A stretch of 60,671 bases of DNA from Candidatus Shapirobacteria bacterium (GCA_016866735.1 VGLL01000001.1:1-60671), one strand, 5' to 3'; shown: positions 38,392-49,026, counted from the first letter of the stretch. Translations and numbers: made by a program. The notes: a model not told the origin generated them from the sequence alone.

Positions 38392-39071
38392 TTATAAGTG
38401 GAAAAGAACAGTTATTTCCCCTTTTGGCGGATTGTTAGAATAAAAAGCCTGAAATTCTGAAAGTTTTCCTCTCCTGGCCTCTTCGTAAATTTTTGTTAGT
38501 TCTCGGGCAATTACAATTTCGAGCTCACCGAAAATCATTTTAAGATCAACGAGGGTCTTTACCAGCCGGTGCGGGCTTTCAAAAAAGATTATCGTCCCTC
38601 TGAAAAATTTACTTACTGAGCGAAGATTTCGAGAAATCTGGAGCCATTTACCCTCTTTTTCGGTAGATAACCAAGAAATAGAAATTTGTCGGTAGGCAAT
38701 CCAGAGCAGACAAGGGAAGCTAAAAGTGCCGACGGGCCGGGAATTGCCTTGACTTTTGTCCCTTGTGAGAGACACTCCCTCACCAATTTATACCCAGGGT
38801 CAGAGATAGTAGGCGTGCCGGCACTGGAAACTAAGGCGACATTTTTACCACCCTTTAAATCTTCAATGAAAGGCGAGATGCGCTGGAGCCCATTTTGCTC
38901 ATAATAGGAAATTAGTCTTGCCTTTTTGACCACTCCTAGCTTTTCTAAAAGGAGGCCGGTTTTCCGCGTATCTGCAGGCAATAAGATCAACCTCGCCCAG
39001 CACTCTTAGCGTCGGACAGTAATATCTTCAAGGTTGCCAATTGGCGTCGAAACGACATATAAAGTGCCCAT
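38392..39071 (-). pseudogene. rsmI: rsmI 16S rRNA C1402 2'-O-methyltransferase, frameshifted
   Basis: MGTLYVVSTPIGNLEDIT, DTR, AGTPTISDPG, IPGPSA, FESPHR and ARELTKIYEE are spread over different frames, implying three small deletions. Confidence 0.9.
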
Positions 39072-39111
39072 AGTTTTAATCTCTTGACAAATGCCTTATA
39101 ATAATTATTAG

Positions 39112-39150
39112 GAATGAGGGACTGGGGCTTTCCCGGGCCCTCATTCTTTT
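39112..39150. terminator. Strong hairpin at the DUF3800 3' end
   Basis: GAATGAGGG...CCCTCATTC with an inner stem, followed by TTTT on the + strand. Confidence 0.55.
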
Positions 39151-39895
39151 ACGGAAATATCTTCAGTCCGTAGTTTAAGAAATCTTTGCTATTAGGTCTT
39201 CGGTGAAGCTTTTTTTGAACAATGGCAAATGCCTTATTCTCAGCCCCACTATTTAGCACCCACTTTCCTAAAGGGTAGGCGACTAGGTCAGCTATTTGCA
39301 TACCGGCAATGTTCTGCATTTTCTGACTAAACGAAAGATCGGCTAACTTTCTTTGAACTTCGGCGGCAGTAATATAACGGTGGTTATTTTCTTTAAATTT
39401 TTCATAAATCTTCGCTAATTTCTGATCGTTATGAGTTTCTCGCGATTCTATTTTTAACATCATTTTCTCTCTGGAGGCCCCAAGGTACATAACGGCACGC
39501 TCTAGTATAAACTGAAAACATAAGTGGTAGGGATTATCTGGAGCAGAATATTGGTTTTTGAGCTTATTCTTTTCGATGGCGGCTGAAATTACTTTAAATT
39601 CGAGTCTTTTAACAAGATTATCTAGGGCCTGGTAGAATTCTTCCCTTCTCTTTCTATCTACCAGACAGGCAAAATCACTCTTCTGCTTGCGAATATCATA
39701 AGAGCGGAGAATGAGATTGTTTTTGCCAAAAAAGCATATTTTCAACTCATTGACTTGTTTTTCTGCCTTTTCGAAGTAATAATCAAAATCGAAAATACAA
39801 CCAGCAAGAACAAACATAGGATAAGATTGATCAATCTTATCTAGACTGTGATCTCCTGACTCGTCAAGAAACATTATTTTCATCTGTGGCATCAC
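39149..39895 (-). CDS. DUF3800 family protein
   Basis: N-terminal FLDESG and C-terminal MQIADLVAY. Confidence 0.85.
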   Translation of the reverse strand: MMPQMKIMFLDESGDHSLDKIDQSYPMFVLAGCIFDFDYYFEKAEKQVNELKICFFGKNNLILRSYDIRKQKSDFACLVDRKRREEFYQALDNLVKRLEFKVISAAIEKNKLKNQYSAPDNPYHLCFQFILERAVMYLGASREKMMLKIESRETHNDQKLAKIYEKFKENNHRYITAAEVQRKLADLSFSQKMQNIAGMQIADLVAYPLGKWVLNSGAENKAFAIVQKKLHRRPNSKDFLNYGLKIFP

Positions 39896-39984
39896 TAGCT
39901 TCAGTCGCTTTCAAAATATCCTCGAGCTATTTTTGAATCATTTCGGACTTTATTATACACTGAAATTACCTTAAAATTTAGGTA

Positions 39985-41997
39985 ATGAAATTCAAGCTAA
40001 CCTCTGATTTCGAGCCGACCGGAGACCAACCGGAAGCGATCCAAAGATTGACTTGGGGTGTTGAAGAGAACCTGAAACATCAAGTTCTCCTGGGCGTTAC
40101 CGGCAGCGGAAAGACATTTTCCGTAGCGGAAGTTATTGAAAAGACGCGGAAACCAACCTTAGTTATTTCTCATAACAAGACTCTAGCCGCCCAGCTTTAC
40201 CAAGAATTTCGCGATTTTTTCCCTAAGAACGCCGTCTGTTTTTTTGTCTCCTATTATGACTACTACCAACCGGAAGCTTATATTCCAAAGACCGATACCT
40301 ATATTGAGAAAGAAATAGAAATTAACGAAGAGATTGACAAGCTTCGTTTGGCAGCGACGACTAACATTTTAACTCGACCAGATGTGATTGTCGTTGCCTC
40401 AGTTTCCTGCATCTATAACCTCGGCAGCCCGCGAGAATATGGCCACTTTGTAATCGAACTGAAGGAGGGAGAAAGAGTTAGCCAGGAAGACATTTTAAGA
40501 AGGCTGGTTAATCTCCAGTATGATCGAGCGGACTATGATTTCAGGCGAGGAACTTTTCGGGTTAGAGGAGAAATGATTGATCTTTTTCCTGCTTACCAGG
40601 ATGAGGCCATTCGTATTGAGATAGAAGGAGGAAAGATTAAGAAAATCAAAAAACTTGATCCCTTAACCGGAAAAATTTTAAATTTTGAGTTTTCAATTTT
40701 AAACTCAGTAGTGATCTACCCCGCCAAGCATTATTTAACTGACCCGCGTGGCTATGAAGATATTTTTGAGGAGATAAAAAGCGATCTTAAGGCAAGGGTG
40801 GCGGAGCTAAAGGCAAGAGGAAAAGAGTTAGAGGCCCATCGGCTCTTGCAGCGGGTAAATTATGATTTGGAGATGATTAAAGAGATGGGTTATGTCAACG
40901 GCATCGAGAATTATTCCCGTTATTTTGATGGGCGTAAGCCGGGTGAGCCGCCTTTTACCTTACTTGACTATTTTCAGGAAGCCTATCAGGATAAGTGGCT
41001 CGTAGTAATTGACGAGTCGCATATGACCATTCCCCAGATTCGGGGAATGTATAACGGTGATCATTCGCGTAAAGAGGTTTTAATTGACTATGGCTTTAGA
41101 TTGCCCGCCGCTCTGGATAATCGGCCCCTTCGGTTTGATGAGTTTTTAAGAAGAGTGCCGCAAGTAATTTATACTTCCGCTACCCCTGACGAGTGGGAGA
41201 AAAGTCAGGCGGGCGGGGCGATCGTGGAGCAATTAATCAGGCCAACCGGTTTGGTTGATCCAGAGATTTTGGTTCGACCGACGGAGAACCAGATTCCTGA
41301 TTTAATAAAAGAGGTTCTTCTGCGAATTAAACGAGGCGAGAGGGTACTAGTGACTACTTTGACGAAAAGAATGGCCGAAGATTTAGCAGAATATTTAACT
41401 GAGCACGAAAAAGAAATTAAAGTGGCTTATTTACACAGCGAAATTGAAACGCTCAAGCGCCAGGATCTTTTGGACGATTTGAGGCTTGGCAATTTCGATT
41501 GCTTGGTGGGCATAAATCTCTTGCGGGAAGGTTTAGATTTGCCAGAAGTTTCTTTGGTAGCAATTCTCGATGCCGACAAAGAAGGGTTTTTGAGATCAGA
41601 AACCTCCTTGATTCAAGTGATGGGTCGGGCGGCCAGGCACATAAATAGCCAGGTAATTATGTATGCGGATAATATTACCGGCTCGATGAAGCGGGCTATG
41701 GCGGAAGTGGAAAGAAGAAGGGCGATTCAGGTTGCCTACAATAAAGCCCACGGAATTATCCCGCGGTCGATCATTAAACCAGTGAGGAAAAAACTAGTGG
41801 AAAAAGAGGAAAGAGCAAGTGAGCAATTAGCAATTGAGGGATTGGAGAAAGAGAAAATTGAACAAATGCTGCCGGAAGATAAGAAAAGATTGGTTAAAGA
41901 GCTGTCAAAAAGAATGCGCCTCGTCGCCGATGATCTCAACTTTGAACTCGCGGCAAAAATTAGAGATAAAATAAAAGAGATAGAAGGGATAAAATAA
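39985..41997 (+). CDS. uvrB: Excinuclease ABC subunit B
   Basis: Motifs GDQPEAI, GVTGSGKT, SYYDYYQPEAY, DESH, GINLLREGLDLPEV and a UVR domain. Confidence 0.98.
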   Translation: MKFKLTSDFEPTGDQPEAIQRLTWGVEENLKHQVLLGVTGSGKTFSVAEVIEKTRKPTLVISHNKTLAAQLYQEFRDFFPKNAVCFFVSYYDYYQPEAYIPKTDTYIEKEIEINEEIDKLRLAATTNILTRPDVIVVASVSCIYNLGSPREYGHFVIELKEGERVSQEDILRRLVNLQYDRADYDFRRGTFRVRGEMIDLFPAYQDEAIRIEIEGGKIKKIKKLDPLTGKILNFEFSILNSVVIYPAKHYLTDPRGYEDIFEEIKSDLKARVAELKARGKELEAHRLLQRVNYDLEMIKEMGYVNGIENYSRYFDGRKPGEPPFTLLDYFQEAYQDKWLVVIDESHMTIPQIRGMYNGDHSRKEVLIDYGFRLPAALDNRPLRFDEFLRRVPQVIYTSATPDEWEKSQAGGAIVEQLIRPTGLVDPEILVRPTENQIPDLIKEVLLRIKRGERVLVTTLTKRMAEDLAEYLTEHEKEIKVAYLHSEIETLKRQDLLDDLRLGNFDCLVGINLLREGLDLPEVSLVAILDADKEGFLRSETSLIQVMGRAARHINSQVIMYADNITGSMKRAMAEVERRRAIQVAYNKAHGIIPRSIIKPVRKKLVEKEERASEQLAIEGLEKEKIEQMLPEDKKRLVKELSKRMRLVADDLNFELAAKIRDKIKEIEGIK

Positions 41998-42797
41998 TGG
42001 GAATTGATCCCGATTTTCTTTTAGGAAAATTTTACCAGCTTCAAGCGGGAATTTATTTTAATAAACCGATTAATTTGGGTTGGGTGAAGGTTTATACACA
42101 TGATCTTTTAGATGATGAATTTAATAATCACGCCCTGATTTATTCTTTAGAAGGTGATTGTCGAGAGGGAGTTGAAACGATAGAAGAGTTGTTAAGAGAA
42201 AGAAATAGAAAACCAGCATTGTACATTGCTCCTTTTTCAAAACCCCAAGATGTAAGAAGAGTTATAACTGACTTTGGCTATAAGCTATCCTTTTCTGATG
42301 CGTGGATGATTTATAAGAACACGAAAGACATAAAAATCGAAAGATTGGCAGCCGAAGTTGTTAAGATTAAAACGGGTGAAGAGATAAGGGCTTATGGCGA
42401 AGTTATTCGCTTGGGTTATTCAGGCCCGAAATCATTTGATAGCCCTTACGGCGGTGTTCCGATGGAAAATTTTATTATCGTGTCGCAGAAAGCGCTGCGC
42501 GATCAGCAATTTAAAAATCGCTTAGAAGGGTATTTGATTAAGAGCGATAAGAGATATGTTGCTGCCGGCCTACTACTTCGTGACGGAAAGTGCGGCTATG
42601 TTGCCGGCATTGCCAGCATTCCGGAGGCGAGAGGGAAAGGTTTTGGCAAACTAATCTCGCAGTTTATTACCAACCGATCGCTAGAACTCGGAAATGAGGT
42701 GACGTTTCTCGGAACTGAATTATCTTCGCGGAATGAAGAATTTTATCGGCGGCTAGGCTACAAAACCATTTTTACCGGCCACTGTTGTGTAAAGTAA
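41997..42797 (+). CDS. GNAT family N-acetyltransferase
   Basis: C-terminal IASIPEARGKGFG and FYRRLGY acetyl-CoA motifs. Confidence 0.85.
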   Translation: MGIDPDFLLGKFYQLQAGIYFNKPINLGWVKVYTHDLLDDEFNNHALIYSLEGDCREGVETIEELLRERNRKPALYIAPFSKPQDVRRVITDFGYKLSFSDAWMIYKNTKDIKIERLAAEVVKIKTGEEIRAYGEVIRLGYSGPKSFDSPYGGVPMENFIIVSQKALRDQQFKNRLEGYLIKSDKRYVAAGLLLRDGKCGYVAGIASIPEARGKGFGKLISQFITNRSLELGNEVTFLGTELSSRNEEFYRRLGYKTIFTGHCCVK

Positions 42798-42811
42798 GCG
42801 TGAAGTTATTT

Positions 42812-42837
42812 TGTATCATATATTAATATATGATACA
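42812..42837. repeat. Perfect 26-bp palindrome
   Basis: TGTATCATATATT|AATATATGATACA. Confidence 0.85.
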
Positions 42838-42994
42838 TTGATCAGAGAGGGAATAGCTCAGGCCTTAATTATTCCTCGCGAAGAAAACTCAAGGCTTAGT
42901 GAAGATTGTTTTAAATCTTTTGCAGTCATTAACTTAATTTTTGTCATATTGCTTTGCAAAATGTCAAATCATATAATATCCCTACCACGGGTAA

Positions 42995-43039
42995 CCCTTC
43001 GACTTCGCCGAGTCAAACTCGGCTTCGCTCAGGGTAAAC
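42995..43039. repeat. CCCTTCG...CTCAGGGTAAAC element with nested hairpin
   Basis: cccttcgacttcg[ccgagtcaaactcggcttcg]ctcagggtaaac; a related un-nested copy lies inside polX at 17265-17288. Confidence 0.7.
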
Positions 43040-43060
43040 GGTTTTAAGTTAAAAAATTTT

Positions 43061-45709
43061 ATGGATAAAATTATTATAAGGGGGGCAAGAGAGCATAACC
43101 TTAAAAATGTTGATCTGGAGATTCCGAAGAATAAGCTGGTGGTTTTCACCGGTGTTTCGGGCAGTGGCAAATCTTCCTTAGCCTTCGACACCATTTATGC
43201 CGAGGGCCAGCGGCGCTATGTGGAGTCGCTTTCGGCCTACGCCCGCCAATTCTTAGGTATTATGGATAAGCCTGACGTTGATTCCATCGAGGGCCTGTCG
43301 CCGGCGATTGCCATTGACCAAAAAAGCGTTTCCCATAACCCGCGGTCAACGGTGGGGACAATCACCGAGATTTATGATTACCTACGCCTTCTTTTTGCCC
43401 GCATCGGCCACCCTCACTGCCCCAATTGCGGCAAAGAAATTAGCACCATGAGTGTTGGGCAGATTAGAGAGCAGGTGCTTAAGTTTAAATTTCCCAGCCG
43501 GCTCTTGATTCTTGCGCCCCTTGTGCGCGACCGCAAAGGTGAGTTTGCCCAGCTTCTTGATAATTTACGCGTGAAGGGATTTACCCGGGTGAGAATTGAC
43601 AGGCAAATCTTTGGTCTTCACGAAGATCTTTATCTAATCAAAACTAACAAGCACACCATTGAGGCTGTGGTTGACCGAATTAGCTTTCCGAAAAAGGAAA
43701 GTGAGGCAAAAGATCCCGCCTTTGCCAGAAGACTTGGCGATTCAATCGAACAGGCCCTGAAGCTTTCCGATGGCCAGGTAATTGTGGCTGAAGTGCAAGA
43801 TTCGTCTTTCGATTTTCCCGAAAAGCCGAAAGAAATGACCGATCATCTTTTTTCGCAAAAGTTTGCTTGCCCAGCGTGTAATCTCTCTTTGCCGGAGATT
43901 GAGCCGCGCACTTTGTCATTTAATTCTCCGCATGGCGCCTGCCCTACCTGTTCGGGAATTGGCACTTTGATTAAGGTTGACGAGGAGTTGGCGGCTAAAT
44001 TTGGCCTTTCGCGCGAAGAGTTAGAGTGGCGCTATTGGCGGACGGATTCGGAGTCTGTGCGGGAAAGAATTGAGCGGTTTATGAAAAGGGAAATCTGTCC
44101 CGATTGTCAAGGAGCGAGGCTTAAAAAGGAGGCTTTGGGAATAACGATTGACGGAAAATCGATTAGCGACGCAACAAAGTGGTCAATTAAAGAAACAATT
44201 TCCTGGCTAAAGAGCTTGACCCTTGCTAATGAGAGGGAAAAGACAATCGCCGAACCGATTCTTAAGGAAGTCATTACGCGCTTAGAGTTCTTACTTTCGG
44301 TCGGCCTTGATTATCTTTCTCTTGATCGGCCCTCGGCGACTCTAGCTGGTGGTGAGAGCCAAAGGATTCGGCTGGCTTCGCAAATTGGGTCTGGACTAAG
44401 CGGCGTTTGCTATGTTTTGGATGAGCCGACTATCGGCTTACACCAAAGGGACAATCGGCGCCTGATCGAGACACTAAGAAAATTGCGTGATTTAGATAAT
44501 ACCCTGATTGTAGTGGAGCATGATCGGGAAATGATGGAGAGTGCGGATTGGCTGGTTGATTTTGGGCCAGGAGCAGGGGATGGCGGAGGAAAAATTATTA
44601 GCTTTGGTAGTCCGAAAGAGGTAAAAAGCGATCACGATTCTCTTACCGGAGCATACCTTTCCGGGAGAAAAAGAATTCAGCTAATGAATTCTACTCATCC
44701 ATTCGTCAACTCCTCTAATCATCTCGTTCTCAAAGGCTGTTCCCAGTTTAATCTCAAAAATATTGATGTCCGTTTTCCTCTAGGCAAGTTTATCGGGGTA
44801 ACGGGCGTTTCCGGCTCGGGCAAATCAACCCTGGTGGTGGAGACACTTTATCAGGCTCTAGCCGCTAAATTTAACCCTTATCATCGGGAAAAGCCGGGGC
44901 GTTTCACCGAGATTCTAGGCTTAGAACATATAGACAGGGTGATTTTGGTGGACCAGTCGCCGATTGGCCGCACCCCTCGCTCTAATCCGGCCACCTATAC
45001 CGGCACGTTTACCTTTATTCGCGATCTTTTCGCGCAACTGCCAGAGGCAAGAATCCGCGGTTATAAGCCGGGCAGGTTTTCTTTTAATGTTCGGGGAGGC
45101 CGCTGTGAAAATTGCCAGGGTGGTGGTCAAATAAAGGTCGAGATGCAATTTTTGCCAGATATCTATGTCACCTGCGAAGTTTGTCAAGGAAAGCGCTATA
45201 ACAGTCAAACTTTGGAAATCGAATTTAAGGAAAAAAATATCAGCGAGATTTTGAATTTAAGTATTGATGAAGCCGCCCATTTTTTCCAAAATTTCCCCTT
45301 AATCTTAGCCAAGCTTAATATTCTTCAGGAGGTTGGGTTGGGCTATATCAAGCTTGGACAGCCCGCGCCGACTCTGTCTGGGGGAGAGGCGCAAAGAGTG
45401 AAGCTGGCGACGGAACTGGGGAAAAAAGCGACCGGAAAAACCTTTTATATTCTTGATGAGCCGACTACTGGCCTACACTTTGCTGATTTAGAGAAGCTCT
45501 TAGTAGTTTTAAGAAAACTGGTTAGTCGGGGAAATACGGTGGTGGTGGTGGAACACAATTTGGATGTTATCAAAAATGTGGATTGGGTGATTGATCTTGG
45601 GCCAGAGGGGGGAGATGAAGGCGGATTTATCGTCGCCCAAGGCGCCCCCGCGCAAATCTCCCGCTCCCAAAACTCCTACACGGGGCAGTTTTTGAAGAAG
45701 GTTCTTTAA
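43061..45709 (+). CDS. uvrA: Excinuclease ABC subunit A
   Basis: GAREHNLKN, two GVSGSGKS Walker A motifs, Zn fingers and LSGGEAQR. Confidence 0.98.
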   Translation: MDKIIIRGAREHNLKNVDLEIPKNKLVVFTGVSGSGKSSLAFDTIYAEGQRRYVESLSAYARQFLGIMDKPDVDSIEGLSPAIAIDQKSVSHNPRSTVGTITEIYDYLRLLFARIGHPHCPNCGKEISTMSVGQIREQVLKFKFPSRLLILAPLVRDRKGEFAQLLDNLRVKGFTRVRIDRQIFGLHEDLYLIKTNKHTIEAVVDRISFPKKESEAKDPAFARRLGDSIEQALKLSDGQVIVAEVQDSSFDFPEKPKEMTDHLFSQKFACPACNLSLPEIEPRTLSFNSPHGACPTCSGIGTLIKVDEELAAKFGLSREELEWRYWRTDSESVRERIERFMKREICPDCQGARLKKEALGITIDGKSISDATKWSIKETISWLKSLTLANEREKTIAEPILKEVITRLEFLLSVGLDYLSLDRPSATLAGGESQRIRLASQIGSGLSGVCYVLDEPTIGLHQRDNRRLIETLRKLRDLDNTLIVVEHDREMMESADWLVDFGPGAGDGGGKIISFGSPKEVKSDHDSLTGAYLSGRKRIQLMNSTHPFVNSSNHLVLKGCSQFNLKNIDVRFPLGKFIGVTGVSGSGKSTLVVETLYQALAAKFNPYHREKPGRFTEILGLEHIDRVILVDQSPIGRTPRSNPATYTGTFTFIRDLFAQLPEARIRGYKPGRFSFNVRGGRCENCQGGGQIKVEMQFLPDIYVTCEVCQGKRYNSQTLEIEFKEKNISEILNLSIDEAAHFFQNFPLILAKLNILQEVGLGYIKLGQPAPTLSGGEAQRVKLATELGKKATGKTFYILDEPTTGLHFADLEKLLVVLRKLVSRGNTVVVVEHNLDVIKNVDWVIDLGPEGGDEGGFIVAQGAPAQISRSQNSYTGQFLKKVL

Positions 45710-45742
45710 TGTTCTCCCAAAATAGCGTAGAATGGAAGTAAG

Positions 45743-45907
45743 ATGGTAAAAGCAAAATCAAAGATTATGCGGCGAACCTGTGCTGTCTGCGGTAAGAAAA
45801 TTGAAGCGATTCTTTATTCTGACCGCAGTTATCGTGGCGGCCACTATTTCGGCAAAGTTCCCGATAAAAAGCTTGAATACTGGGAATGCCCGAAGTGCTA
45901 TTGGTAA
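45743..45907 (+). CDS. Small zinc-ribbon protein (54 aa), absent from the ORF track
   Basis: MVKAKSKIMRRTCAVCGKKIEAILYSDRSYRGGHYFGKVPDKKLEYWECPKCYW, with two CxxC pairs. Confidence 0.7.
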   Translation: MVKAKSKIMRRTCAVCGKKIEAILYSDRSYRGGHYFGKVPDKKLEYWECPKCYW

Positions 45908-45994
45908 AACTAAATTCTTCTGGTGAACGAAATTAAGAGATGGTAGAATTGGTGCAGAAAGGGAAAATCCCTACAGGATCTCTAAAATCAAAAG

Positions 45995-48025
45995 ATGGGG
46001 AACATATTAGATAATTTAAAAACTTTGCTCCAAAAAGACGAACGGTTAGTGAGCGAAGGTGAGCTTTTGAAGAATAAAATAATTGAACTTGTTCTGAAGC
46101 TGGATAAAGACCTCATTAAACTCCTTTTATCTGATAAAAGAATGCGGGGGGTATTTTTTCTTGAAATTGACGGGGTGCTTATTTTTGATAAAGACAAGTT
46201 TATTAAATTTGTTTCTAGTAAGGATTTTCTGCCGGATTCTTATACTGCTTTCAAGAATAAGATTGGCTTAACTATTGGTGATGAATTTCTTAGCGAGAAA
46301 AAAGAAGTCGTACTTTCTTGGCCGTATAAGGATTGTGTCTTGGAAGGTGGGATGACTAAAGAGGACCAAAAGCGGGACGAAGTTTTTTGGAATCAAACCC
46401 TAGCGCCCGATGAAATCAGCCGCCTTTTAGATTCAAAAGTTTTTACCAATGCCAGAAGAATTGACGTTAAAGGTGAACATGAACCGGATAAATTCAAAAC
46501 TGATGAGAAAGGCGACATTAAAGACAATCTTATTATCAAGGGCAATAATCTTTTAGCTCTCTACTCCCTCAAAAAACGCTTCGCCGGAAAAGTAAAACTC
46601 ATCTACATCGACCCGCCATACAACCGTGAAGATGAGAATTTCTACAACGATAGTTTTAGGCATTCTACATGGTTGATTTTTATGAAAAATAGGATAGAAA
46701 TAGCCAGAAAATTATTGAACAATGATGGTGTCATTTTTGTGCAAATTGACTTTAGGGAATTGGCATATTTAAAAGTTTTAATGGATGAGGTTTTTGATAG
46801 AAAAAATTTTATTGGACAAATCAACTGGCAAAGAGTGCCAGAGGGGAGGACACTACTTGGTCAAGGGGAAAGTGACTTAAAGATCTCAACAGAATATCTT
46901 TTAGTTTATGCCAGAGACAAAAAGCCCGACATTTTAAATAGCAGTGTTAAGAAATTGATTGATGCCACTGAGAAGATAATTCAACAATATTCCTATGTCC
47001 TTAAGACAAATTCTAAACCAATAGAGGTAAAAAGACTTAAAGATAGTAAGGGCAGAGACGTTATTTTTTATAAAGTCCAAGATTTTGAGTTGCGACCATT
47101 GCGAGATAAAAGTATAGAAAATTATATTAGAAATTATGAAAATATGGTACAGTCTGTTGGTATACAAGAGGAAAGTACTTTCCAACAAAGACTTCTTTTT
47201 GAGACTAAAAAGATAGATACTCTGTGTATAGTGGAGTATGTTCCCGCTAAAGGAAAAAGAAAGGGGGAGAAATTGAGAGATTATTTTATTAAGGATAGGA
47301 AGTTGTTATTTGCAAAAGAATTTTCTGTTTTTAAAAATGAAAGACTATATAGAGAGGGCGATATTAATGACTTTTGGAGCAATAGTGAAATCCAAGTTAC
47401 AGATATTGCTGGAGAGGGTGCAGTGTCCCTGCGAAGAGGGAAAAAGCCCGAAGAACTATTACGTCGAGTTATAGATTGGACAACGTATAAAGATGAGATT
47501 GTTCTAGATTTCTTTATGGGCACCGGAACTACTTGCGCTGTGGCTCACAAAATGGGTCGGCAATATATTGGAGTTGAGCAGCTAGACTACGGGGAAAATG
47601 GCGCAGGGGTAAGATTAAAAAATGTCATCAACGGTGACCAAACCGGTATTTCAAAATCCGTTGGCTGGAAAGGTGGCGGGGATTTTGTTTATTTAGAACT
47701 GATGAAATGGAATGAAAATTTTGTCGGGAAAATCCAGCAAGCAAAAACGAAAGATGAATTAAAAAAGTTATGGGAGGCGATGAAAGAACGGGCGTTTTTG
47801 AGTTATAAAGTTGATGTTAAAGCGATTGATGCACAGGCTCCCGCCTCCGCTAAAGCTACGGCGGGCAAGGAAGATTTTGCGGATTTATCGCTTGAAGACC
47901 AAAAAAGATTTTTACTGGAGTGTTTAGATAAAAACCATCTCTATGTCAATTACAGCGAAATTGAGGATGAAGAGTATGGAGTGAGCGAAGAAGATAAAAG
48001 TTTAAATAGGGATTTTTATTTATGA
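45995..48025 (+). CDS. mod: Type III R-M methyltransferase (beta class)
   Basis: NLIIKGNNL, IYIDPPYN, KPEELL and DFFMGTGTT; paired with the downstream res. Confidence 0.92.
   Translation: MGNILDNLKTLLQKDERLVSEGELLKNKIIELVLKLDKDLIKLLLSDKRMRGVFFLEIDGVLIFDKDKFIKFVSSKDFLPDSYTAFKNKIGLTIGDEFLSEKKEVVLSWPYKDCVLEGGMTKEDQKRDEVFWNQTLAPDEISRLLDSKVFTNARRIDVKGEHEPDKFKTDEKGDIKDNLIIKGNNLLALYSLKKRFAGKVKLIYIDPPYNREDENFYNDSFRHSTWLIFMKNRIEIARKLLNNDGVIFVQIDFRELAYLKVLMDEVFDRKNFIGQINWQRVPEGRTLLGQGESDLKISTEYLLVYARDKKPDILNSSVKKLIDATEKIIQQYSYVLKTNSKPIEVKRLKDSKGRDVIFYKVQDFELRPLRDKSIENYIRNYENMVQSVGIQEESTFQQRLLFETKKIDTLCIVEYVPAKGKRKGEKLRDYFIKDRKLLFAKEFSVFKNERLYREGDINDFWSNSEIQVTDIAGEGAVSLRRGKKPEELLRRVIDWTTYKDEIVLDFFMGTGTTCAVAHKMGRQYIGVEQLDYGENGAGVRLKNVINGDQTGISKSVGWKGGGDFVYLELMKWNENFVGKIQQAKTKDELKKLWEAMKERAFLSYKVDVKAIDAQAPASAKATAGKEDFADLSLEDQKRFLLECLDKNHLYVNYSEIEDEEYGVSEEDKSLNRDFYL
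47840..47869. repeat. CCCGCC...GGCGGG palindromic element in frame in mod (PASAKATAGK)
   Basis: cccgcctccgctaaagctacggcgggcaag is a GC-rich island in an AT-rich gene. Confidence 0.75.
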
Positions 48026-48720
48026 ATGAAATTATAAAATCTCTACATGAGATAGTTGCCGTATTGAAAGATCCTAAAGACTTTTGGGTAAATATAACTT
48101 TAGCAATATCTACTTTTATAGCGGTAATAGTAGCTTTATTTCAGGAAAAAATAAAAAAACATTGGAATAAAGCTACATTAGATCTAAGAATAGACTTAAA
48201 TCCTCCTGATTGCCATCAAATTTCGTTAATAGACCTTCGTACGGGAAAGTTTGTGGGTCAATCTATTTACATTAGGATAAAAGTTATTCACAGAAAAGGA
48301 GGGGCCGGCGAGAATGTTGAAATTATGCCGATTAACTTTTTCCGCATTAAAGGTGATGGGAAACTGGAAAAGTTAAAACATTTTTTACCAATAAGTTTGG
48401 CCTGGAGTCATTTTCAGCCGCGTACGAATCTTAGTCGTATTCCCGTTAATTTATTTAGACATTGCGATTTTGGACACTTTGTTAAGGATCTAAAAGATAA
48501 CAATAAAGCCGTTTTAATTTTAGATACCATGGTGCAACCTAATCCGGTGGCAGAAAGCGAAGTTCCAAACATTATTAAACCAGGAAAATATCAGTTTGAA
48601 TTATTACTTAGTGGCGATAATGTTAAGCCTATTAAAAAGGAATGGAAGCTAGAATTTGATAAATGGAGCGAGGATGAAAAAGAAATGCTAACCAAAAATA
48701 TTAGCATAGAAGAAATTTGA
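48022..48720 (+). CDS. Hypothetical protein with N-terminal TM helix
   Basis: 232-aa ORF overlapping the mod stop, with hydrophobic segment VNITLAISTFIAVIVALF. Confidence 0.7.
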   Translation: MNEIIKSLHEIVAVLKDPKDFWVNITLAISTFIAVIVALFQEKIKKHWNKATLDLRIDLNPPDCHQISLIDLRTGKFVGQSIYIRIKVIHRKGGAGENVEIMPINFFRIKGDGKLEKLKHFLPISLAWSHFQPRTNLSRIPVNLFRHCDFGHFVKDLKDNNKAVLILDTMVQPNPVAESEVPNIIKPGKYQFELLLSGDNVKPIKKEWKLEFDKWSEDEKEMLTKNISIEEI

Positions 48721-48741
48721 TTTTTTCTTATTAATGGATGG

Positions 48742-48768
48742 TATGCTCTACGAAACTTTTAATTCAAT
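48742..48768 (+). repeat. Copy 1 of res 5'-end repeat
   Basis: tatgctctacgaaacttttaattcaat versus res tatgctctacgaaatttttaattcaat (26/27 identical). Confidence 0.9.
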
Positions 48769-49020
48769 ATGAAAGACAAGAAGATACAAACTCCAACTAA
48801 AATTGCCATTTTCAGAGGCAGAAGAGTGCGGAGAACTATTTATAAAGATGAATGGTGGTTTTCTGTCAGCGACATTATTGAAGCTTTAACCGGTACAGAT
48901 AGACCGAGAAAATATTGGCATGATCTTAAGAAAAAGCTCATCGACGAAAGGTATTCCGAGGTGTCCGAAAAAATCGGACAGTTGAAATTACAATTTAACT
49001 ATGCTCTACGAAACTCTTAA
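48769..49020 (+). pseudogene. Truncated BRO-N family protein
   Basis: VRR....EWWFSVSDIIEALT....PRKYW.DLK; the family-like sequence stops at QLKL, just before repeat copy 2. Confidence 0.7.
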
Positions 49021-49026
49021 CTAAAT
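49000..49026 (+). repeat. Copy 2 of res 5'-end repeat
   Basis: tatgctctacgaaactcttaactaaat, directly followed by the KTSC ATG. Confidence 0.85.

Noticed and set aside
41985..41999. GGATAAAATAAT at the uvrB end resembling the uvrA start (GGATAAAATTAT)
   Set aside because: It would parallel the res-start duplication, but it is too short and AT-rich to support.
42811..43194. ORFs 42811..43047 (+) and 42982..43194 (-)
   Set aside because: They are built from palindromic repeats or antisense uvrA sequence and show no protein-like motifs.
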